NCBI GenBank assembly: GCA_000934665.2
Contig: JYFJ02002605.1
Location: 1 to 54,311 of the forward strand
Length of the DNA stretch: 54,311 bases
Direction: 5' to 3'
From: Catajapyx aquilonaris
Lineage: Eukaryota
Part shown: piece by piece, positions 45,001 to 54,311 of the stretch
How the letters are laid out: every line of letters begins with the position of its first letter
How positions within the stretch are numbered: position 1 is the stretch's first letter
Translations under genes and position numbers: made by a program
The notes under the pieces: generated by a model
Told to the model about the DNA's origin: nothing
Database searches by the model: none
What the model saw: only the letters and a program-made list of their open reading frames with translations

Positions 45001-48000
45001 GGCGCAGGAAGGAGATAAATGTCTAGGAGTAAATTTTATTTAGTATGCAGTCTTAGGGATACACTAATGTCTGCTCTTGAGAATTCTGTGTTATAGAGTT
45101 GAATGCAATTTGGGCCATTGATTTTATTCATTTTCGTTATGGACTATTCCTAGCCTATTACTGGAAGTTTCTGTAGTGCTCACTCTGTGAAACACGCGGT
45201 GCAAGAAGCTATACAAAAATTGACCGCATGAAACCTTATTGTTGAAGAACCATACCAGTCACGTAGAGATGCCAAGTAAATTACATCTCAAGCAAAGATG
45301 CATCTCTGGGAAATAGATTGCAGCATGCCGATAATCCCGTGATTATTCACCTAAGAAGCATGGATGGTTCTTGGTCGGCCCGAGTTCCTGTCCAGAAAGT
45401 GAACAGGGGAACGGTTTTGGGGCAGACTTCATTACGTGTTGAATTTCCCCCCTTGCCATGCATGCCAACGACTAGGATGGGAGTGTCTGGGGTGCCGATA
45501 AGGCCTTCCAAGATCGTGACTCACTCTAAGCTGCGGGGCCTTCTGGTTTCTATTGCCTCTGATCGGGACCGACAAAGGATCCCAGTTTCGGTTTTTGATT
45601 GGATTGAGTCGACGGATTTAATTAGTTGCCCTACAGGACCCCCGACCGTGCCCAGAACTGATTTTCCCGAATTTTCACGTAGCCCTATTCCCCTTGCATG
45701 CAGTTCCAAAGAATGTTTATTAATACTCTCTCTCAGGCTGGAGATTCAAATATTAGCATGGTGTATACATACCCACATCTTGGTTGGTAAAGATTTCTCT
45801 CGTATTTTTCCTCCTGGTCTTAGTTCTCTCCCCCTCTGTAAGTGTTCCCATTTAAACAAGGAAGAAAAGAGTTCAGTTGGCTGTGGTGGGGTCGTTGAGT
45901 GAGGAGGAACTGCAGAGACATTTGTGTGGTTGGCTCTTCTTCCGATGGCTATTGTCAATCTCTGTCGCAGGTTCCATCAGGGCCTAAGTGGAAGACGCTT
46001 TTGTTTCGGCTCGGAGGTTGTTGTAGCTGGTCGTATAAATAAGTACGTTCATATGTCACCACACTAGAGAAGAGTGCCAAGATCTTTCAGCTTTTAAGCA
46101 ATTTAATTTCATTACGTTATTCTGACATGTTATTGGCAGGATTTTAAAAGTTCATTGTTGAATTCTTATTCTGAGTTATGGTGGGTTGGTTTGGTTTATT
46201 GTGTAATTTGCACATAAGCGGAGTAAACAGGAACACTACGCGTATGTATCGAAAAGTTGTTTTTTACGGAAAGATTTCGCGTAACAGGGCCATTCCGCTC
46301 TTCGATGCAGGTTTCACTGTAATTGTTTCATCGTATATTACAGCCTATAATAAGGCCTGTATCGTTCTATTCACCCATCAAATATGAGTTTACTAGATGC
46401 GGCTTCCTAATTTTTGTCTCCATTAATATAAAGGCCTTTCTCATGGCGCTTGTCATTGTTGTTTTTTTCAACATCCATCTAAGGTCCCTTTTTGCTTTCT
46501 GCTTCCTCTTTCCTTCCTTCCGGTTTTCCTGCTTACCATTAGTGAAGTGGGATGCCCCTGATAGCATAGTCATGCTGATGGTACCTCATAGTCACACACT
46601 CCTCACCAACTGTATAGCCACTCAAAGTTGAAACTGACCGAGTCTGTCACTTATTCCACGCCATCTATATGGCATTTACGTCAATGGCAAATAACTATCG
46701 ATCTTCTAAAACCTTCAACTTTTTCCATCAATCCAGCATTCAGATTCCTGGGCCCCCATTCTCCTCAGTATGGTTGCTCTCAGGCGGGTATAGCACTATC
46801 ATACACATAGTTGACTAAAACTATCCCATTTCCCTATTGTTACGTTGCCGTCGCATGGGAATAATTTCCACTGCCTGTAGTGCAAGAACACCCATCTCGT
46901 ATCTGATATCTCTCACATATCTTTGTTTTGATAAGCTTTAAAAAAAAGTATAGTACACTTCTGCCTGGAGTTTGCAAAACTTATAATGCACCTGCTGGAT
47001 AGCTGCAACACCCAAAGGCGCATTTACCTCCTAATGAACAACTTTGTACTTTGAATGTGGAACAATGAGTGTCTGATTACTGCCAAGATATTGCATTAAA
47101 TCTTTAGAATTTTTATATTTTTCCCTGCCTTCTTAATTATTCCAGAGCAGAAGGTGACGGACACTGGCCCTTCGCAAAGTTCAGTAGCTTGTCACGATAA
47201 TACTAGTCAATTACATGACATGTGAAAATCACCATTGCGGCTACCTTCTACGCTTCGGATTTCCACAACATAATGTCTTGGTGATTAGCCGTCTTGATAT
47301 CAAAATGTGGTTTCAACAGGGTTTCAACAAGCACTCTTAAGACCAGTTTTCAGTACAGGTACCTGATTATGCTCAAAGAGTAGTCAAGTTGAAGCTACAT
47401 TGTATTTATAAGACTTAATGTACTTTGCAGAGCTCTCAAGCTATTGTTTCAAGGATAATTAGGCTTCGTCCTGGAGGGGAAAAGGATATTATTTTTGTTA
47501 TTTCTTTCACATATACTGTGGTATAGAGTGTGCCGACGGAGTGTGCTGGAAAAATTAATGGTCAGACAATACAGGATGTTTCTCTACTCAAGTTGACGAT
47601 CCGAGGAGGAGGAAGAGGGGAAAGTTGATGGATTATTCACCCCTTGGGGAAGTAATTTAAAAAAGCAGGCGGCATGCAAAACAGTAAGGAAAGGCCCAAA
47701 CTTGAGCCAACTGGAGTTTGCATGCAGACCAGTAGTGACTAATACAGCAACTCTTACCCGTCTCTGTCTCTGGAACGGTCAACTTGGGCAGAGAAACACT
47801 ATGAATAAGGCTTCCATTGTTGGAATGTGGACATTGGCCTTTTTAAAGGATATGCTTTGCGCTGGTGAATTTTGATAGTTTCGATTTGGACTACGCAGCT
47901 CTTTCGTCTATTGTGGCCAGGACGGGTGAAGTTGGCTCACTACATAAAATGACCCCGGATTATCCGGGAACTCTACAGGGTCAATGTCCGGATTTATTGG

Positions 48001-51000
48001 GTCATTGGTGGCTCTATCTGGGTCATTGGTCTGAAGGCCGTCGGTGGAGAGTGGTGATTCCAATTCGCACGTTGGAAATGTCGACAAATTTGAGTTACCA
48101 GATGAAGGGGTATTCGAATCTAATTATTGTTATGGCAGTTGGTAGAATATCTGAATCTGGGCTTTTCAGGAGCATTATCATGTAGATACGCAATTTGATT
48201 TAAAAAAATCGCAAGGCTCATATAATAAGTAGACCGGTGTCTTGGTGAAAGTAGCAGTTCATGTCTATTCCTGGCATCTTCTCGCCATATATACCTTGTG
48301 TGAGATGAGAGCAGGTTAGTAGTCCTTTTAATTGGTAATTTTAGAATTACTTTGAAACAGCTATTCGTAGCAGGTATCGAATATTAGGACGCATTAAATC
48401 ATCCATTCAGGGTCGAAATTGCAATTAATTTATTGGGAATGGCTCATTGTAACAAATGGCATAGAAATCAAGCCAAAACTCATTTTATGCAGGCTAGAGC
48501 AGATTGGGCCACGTATATTTTTATGACCTCTGATTCAAAATTACTGCTTTAAAAAATCTCGAACTAAAAGGAGCACCTCAATTATTGGAACACTCTGTAC
48601 TATACAGTAATATTGATGCAAAAAGTAATGATCATTACAGTCAGTGCAAGACAAACAGATAGAGCGCCTTTCAAGGAATAATATGCCTGCTCTATCCTTA
48701 CAAATTCTAATGCTTGCCTGCCAGGTCCCTTCTATTGGCTTTGTGAGAGCAAGGACTGAAAGCTGAATTAATATGTCATTTGAGTTCATGTGTGGCGGTG
48801 GATATTGGCGGGGCCATGTCCGGAACGAACATTCTTAGTCCGGGATGACTTATTTTCTATCTTTTATAATGACGCCTATTGGGATTCCGTGCGCCACATG
48901 TCCGACATGCACCGTGTATGTGCCGCACGTAGCTCTGGCTGATGAATCAGGCCTAATTAGTGCAGGACTTTGAAAACCTGCAAAGGCCAACTTGAAAAAT
49001 CCCATTTCACGCTGGCCTTCCAGAACATGTACTGATGTCTCTGTGAAACCGTCAAAGCTTTTCTCACCGTTCATTACGGACAGTGCAAAAAAAAAGAGAG
49101 GTAGGAGAGAGAGAGTGGGGGAGGGGGACCTGACGGGAAATGAAAAAGTAGCAGCTGCGCTTCACTCGCATCCAGAAATGGCAGGGCTTCATTACGATAG
49201 CAGTGAAAACCCAGAGAGAGATGCCAAGTAGTAATTAATTCCTCCGCACGCCGGCCCTCTGTTGCCTGCAGTGTGAATAGGTTCGTCTACACCTCTGCAT
49301 ACACTTCTGGCAAGGGCTGCTTCCTCTGATTTTCCCAGACGACACTGGAGTGTCATTTCAGCCGAAAGGTCTTCTATGGAACTTGTCATGCCTATGGGGG
49401 AAACTCAGCAAGACCCGTTAAAGTTTGGGGATGTATAATCCGGGATTAACCTGCTGCCGAATTAACAACAAAAAAAGTAGATGTGTACAGGTTGGATTAA
49501 GGGTAAGGGATACATAGAACACAGCCGTTTTGAGAGAGCATGTTGGAACATGTTTCTGCAACCCACCTCCTATAGTAGTAAAGGGGGGTAATCCAAATCT
49601 GCTATAAATTGCTCTGCACGACGGCCATTTGAGTGGAAATGTGCACATAATCTGGTCTGGCGGTCGCATCTCCATATAAACTAGAGAAGAATGTGATGGA
49701 AAAAGAGTGGTGACCAAGCCCCCGGAGATTTCTGCACAAAATCAACAGCAAAGGAGGACTATGGAATTTGCTCAACTCCCAGATTATCTTTGGGAAAGAA
49801 AACACTGCACCCAACATCTATCATAATTATGCTGTCGTTTAACTATTCACCTCTTTAAAGTGCTCCCATAGCAGCATGGGTCCTAACAAAGTTTTAAAAA
49901 AGGGGGCCAGTATTTATTCTAGCTGGTCAAAACTGCTGCTTTTCATATTTTTACGGTGATTGCGTCCACGGAGGTGTCGCATTTGCGGACGTTGTGTTGA
50001 ATATGATGTAGTCGACGTAAAATTTTATTGAATGTTAAAATCTGGAGGGAATCGAATCAAAAGTTAGTGAAGCGCTGGATGCTGCAAGTCATTGACCGTG
50101 TTTTACAGCGGATACCTATTCACTTTCCGAGCCGTTAAATTGAGCGAAACTTTTCAAACACTTTTTTTTATATAATTTTTTACCACTCCCAAGCCTCCTG
50201 CTATTTTTCGGAAATATTGTTGAACACGATTTTTTTCTCCCTGCAGTGCTGACAGGCAGTAAAAATGTCATTGCTTGCAGTATGATTGAGTCTATAAAAT
50301 TCGGACGCTTGTAAATTCTTGGGACAACAGTCATGCCCTTTCTCTCTATTGTTGTTAATTATCAGCAATTATTGTACTAACAGGATTAGGCATCGTGCTG
50401 TTAGACAAGTGCGAAAGATGTCTCAATGTGGTTTGAAAATCCCTGCTAATTTCTATTAAACGTTGCACATTAGCAGCCATAATCCCTGGAATCCCTTGTC
50501 CTGCTAGTGCGTCGGTTTCGGGCTCGCACGCCCTGGGGGCATTTGAATTATGCTAATTTGTTGCAGACTAATCACATTGTGATCACGAGTCCCCCCCCCC
50601 CCTTCCGCCCCCAAAAAAGCACAAAATGAATTTGGACAAATAGTATAAACAAACGAGGTTCGCTTTGTACTATCCTTCAGATTTAATGCATCGAGTGGAG
50701 AAGTAACTTCCGACCCGAATTAATGTTCGATCATAAATTTCCGGATGACCAGAATGAAAACGTTCAGTTTGAAGTGACTGAACAATGACGCCGTTTTTTC
50801 TCTCTATATTATTGACGTTTCCCCCGGGACTGGTTTTCCTGATCAGTAGGTTTGCATGAGTACTTCGATCATGCTTTCTGAAAGGTAAATAACAGGCCGT
50901 AATCCACCTTTTAGGATCGCTATAAATCCCATGGTAGAGAGAGCTCAATGCAATTCGAAAGCCCTGTGAAAAAAATTGCTGCAACACATTCAATGCATAA

Positions 51001-54000
51001 TGGGCTCTATAACATGGCTAGTACTATGGCAGTCAAAATAAGCATTTTCCTTCTCACCCATCCTCTGGAGCTAAATGTGTGTTTTTTGTACATATGATTT
51101 TTTTTACAAAAAAAAGGAGAGGAAATGAAGGTATTTGCAGCAGCAGTTACAAACGTCAGTTAATACCCTTCCCAAATGGACTCTTGAGAACACGGCACAG
51201 GACATTAGCCTAAACGAGGCGTTTCGCGGGCTGTGATTTTTCAACCATTTACGCACTGTTGCACCACCGAAATCCTATACTAATGCGACCAACCGTCGAG
51301 ATTTTTTTTTTTTTTTTTTTNTTTTTTTTTTTTTTTTGGTGTTTGAGAGACCTACATATGTCCCACAAAAAAAGGTAGCTAAATAAAATGAACTTGCATG
51401 TCCATTCGATTTCGTGCACTAGATTGGTTAACTGGGTTTGATTGGCACAACAGCAGTGCAAGTGAAGTCAAATTTAGTAATAACAACGTCCGCCCCTCTC
51501 CATAACTCCGACACCTTTTGTAGGAGTAGAGTTGGAGGGAGAGATGGGGGAGGGAAATTCAATTTTGCGTGGGACACGATGCGTGCGGCTCCGAGTTAAA
51601 ATCTTCTCACATATAAAAGCCCAACAAGGTGCGGAGCGAAGCAGGGCTCCCCCCTTCATTACAAGCCTTGATTTGTTACCTTTCACGAAATGGAAAAAAA
51701 GCTAATGATAGAGGCCGGCGGGTACATATCCCAGTGGATCGCATTGTGTCGGACTCGTAATCGCCAGTATTGGACGAAGCGGCCGTGGCTCTTTTTGGCG
51801 GCGTATATACATCACCATCATGCCGACTTGCATGGCGATTTCTACCTCGTTTATTGTTCACCCCCCCCTATTAAAATTACCGCCTCCCACAGCTTATTGT
51901 TTTCTCCTGACACGTTTCGTGCCAGCCATTTTTTTTCTCCCTCTAGAACTCCCAGCACACTGCTCACACTATATTGCAATCGGCCAAATACTAGGAATGA
52001 GATGAGCCAAGCCCACCTTTACTGGTATATGGTAGGGGGGTGAGATGGAATTATATGTCCGAGAGAGTGTCATGCGGCACGGCCAACCCTCCAATTTCAA
52101 CACTCTGAAACCAGATTTGATAAGCTGCTACACGCCTCTAGGTTGGAGGGGAGCAAGGGGGGTGGAGAAGGAAGAGGTGGGAAGCCTCGTTAGCCCCCAG
52201 TCTGCAGGCGATTTAGAATAAATTATTCTCTTGGAAAATTTGACAAACTTTGAAGGTACCAAGTACTAGGTGTTTTACATTGGGTCCATTCAGCTGGCGC
52301 CGGGGTTTTCTCAATATTTCTGCCCCGTTCTGAGCTGTTGAAAAGGCGTTTTCAGAACGGAATTCGGTCAGGGCAGCCGTTACATTCAAGGGGATAGGTT
52401 GTGGTTTGGAAGGGAAAAACTGGATTGGGTAGGTTAGCTAAAATCGGGTTTAAAATATGGAGCACAAATTTACGTCGAGTTCTTGACACATACACCCGGA
52501 GATTGCGGGTGTAAAAAAAAAAGTTCAATTTGTAAAATGGTGATTGTAAATCAATAACAACTGGACCACCGTTAATCACAGGGCGATGTAGTAAATTAAC
52601 CGGCATTCCTGGTGTGGGGAAAAAAAAATCAACAACCACGATACTCATCTGGCGGCCGATTTATTGCACGCTCATGTTACTCTAGTCGCTGCATAGTGAT
52701 AACAATTTTTTTTTGCGGGTTCCCTCCCTTGTTCACTCCCACACACCAATCCCCATTGACGAACTTGGCAACAATTCTAGAGCATTATTGCGTTCGGCGC
52801 CAAACAAAACTCACCACTTTTCCGTGTTTTTTTTTGCCCTCCTCGTCCCCCCCCCCTCCCTCCCCCTGGCGAACGAACACGAAACTTGTTCGGCCGATAA
52901 TGGGCGTCCGATTGGAAATTCACTTGCCCATTGTTTGCTCTGACAAAAGAGGTGGCTGTGCATGTATTGAAGCAATATTAATCTGCACTAGTTTTCGGTT
53001 GCACATTCCCCAGCAGATTTCACTCCCCTGTGACTCCAGCGGCGTGCCCAGCAGTGCAGCATCGGATATATGCTGTATGTGTAGTGGCTGGGACGGGTAT
53101 GGAGGGTGGTAGGGGGTGATGACTAGGGGTGGGGGATGGGGTACATTTGCATAAGAGCTTCAGTGGAATCCTCTCAATCCATTTGCATCGCCGACCCACC
53201 CTGAAATCCATTGCAGTCTATACTCTGGTGTGAGTGTCGTAACTTTTGCTGGGCCTAGAGTTAGGCCTAGAAAATACTGGAGAAACTTGATGGTAGAATT
53301 TATTTGCTACTATGCAAGCTGTGCCTTCCTGTATGAATACTAATTGCGCCAAGGGTCAAGCGGCATGAGGTAGAGTAAAATATTGCAACTCGATTTGGCG
53401 TCAACTTTTGCGCTGGTGGAAGCGACGGTGCAGTTGAATGACTGCTTTTCGCACTTGATGGACCGGGCCTGCAAATTGGCATGAGACATCTTCACTGGCG
53501 TCATGCCTGCAATTTGCTAGTTCATTATTTACAGCACGTTACAGTCGACGGTAGCCCGGGATTTTTAGGGTGGGTCAAGCGTGACACAACTGCCATTAAA
53601 AGTTGTTGTGACTTGGGCTACTAATGGTATGTGGAAATATGTATTTTGAGAGTCGAAAACTTCTTGGAAGGCGAGGATGACTTATAACGCTTCAGTGTAC
53701 ATGTCAACAATTTGGAGAGGGGAAATAACGATAACCTCGGGTGTACTGTAGAGCCTAACAGGAGGCACCATATTTGAGAGTCCATGTGTGGAATATCAAA
53801 ATAATTTAGGTTCACTATATGAAGTATTTCGCAATTCGGTAGTGCCACTTTCACCCTGGAGCACATTTTTAACAAGAGGAGCTTTAAGGGGGAAATTTGC
53901 ATGTGCATGTTGTTGAACACGTTCATTTGCTGATTGCAATGGTCTGAAATTGGTAACTCATGCGCGAGCAGCAGCTTAGGGCAAAATTTTTGTGCTGTGC

Positions 54001-54311
54001 TTCTGCTGTACAGTTACAGCTGGGATTAAACTACAGTATGATGTCCTGTATTTCTACCTGGCAGAACATAAACAAACGGACCCAGGAAGTATAGTTTATT
54101 TCCTCCTTCACACACACAAGTGGAGTAAGAAAATCCATCGCAAAACGCAAAACGCAAAAACCAGCCCACGGACACTTATACTACGTTCTGGCGTTATCAC
54201 CTGCCGAGGCATTTTGCAGCGGGTGCTCACCTGAGACCGCCATGAGACATTTCGGAGGCCAGGATAAGTGGCGACCCTACCGGACTAAGGCTGAACTTTA
54301 TAGGTACGAAA

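Noticed and set aside
52612..53112. 166-aa ORF
   Set aside because: Non-ATG start, homopolymer-driven low complexity, no domain and no splice support.

Overview
Eukaryotic, repeat-rich genomic DNA, most likely from an arthropod: it carries a TTAGG-type telomeric motif, tRNA-derived SINEs, an RTE LINE and spliceosomal introns. Two intron-containing genes can be reconstructed by hand with consistent splice phases. (1) A + strand gene of 8 coding exons (12781-30822, about 583 aa) with an acidic coiled-coil-like N-terminus, ankyrin-like repeats and a C-terminal SOCS box (ASB-like); it probably uses a GC-AG intron. (2) A - strand dynein light chain roadblock/LC7 gene of 4 exons (40656-31155, 97 aa). 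The two genes are tail-to-tail with polyA signals about 50 bp apart. The rest of 1-42.5 kb is mostly transposon-derived: a decayed RTE LINE, a Gypsy remnant, Tc1/mariner, Tigger-like, piggyBac-like, hAT-like, EnSpm-like, Sola-like and P-like MITEs or foldbacks, several of them deeply nested, plus a ~140-bp tandem array. At least 13 SINE copies with five different tRNA-like heads appear to exchange three hairpin-bearing 3' tails. In 43-54 kb I could not support any gene. No prokaryote-type system (CRISPR, operon) is present. All family assignments come from motif recognition, without database searches.
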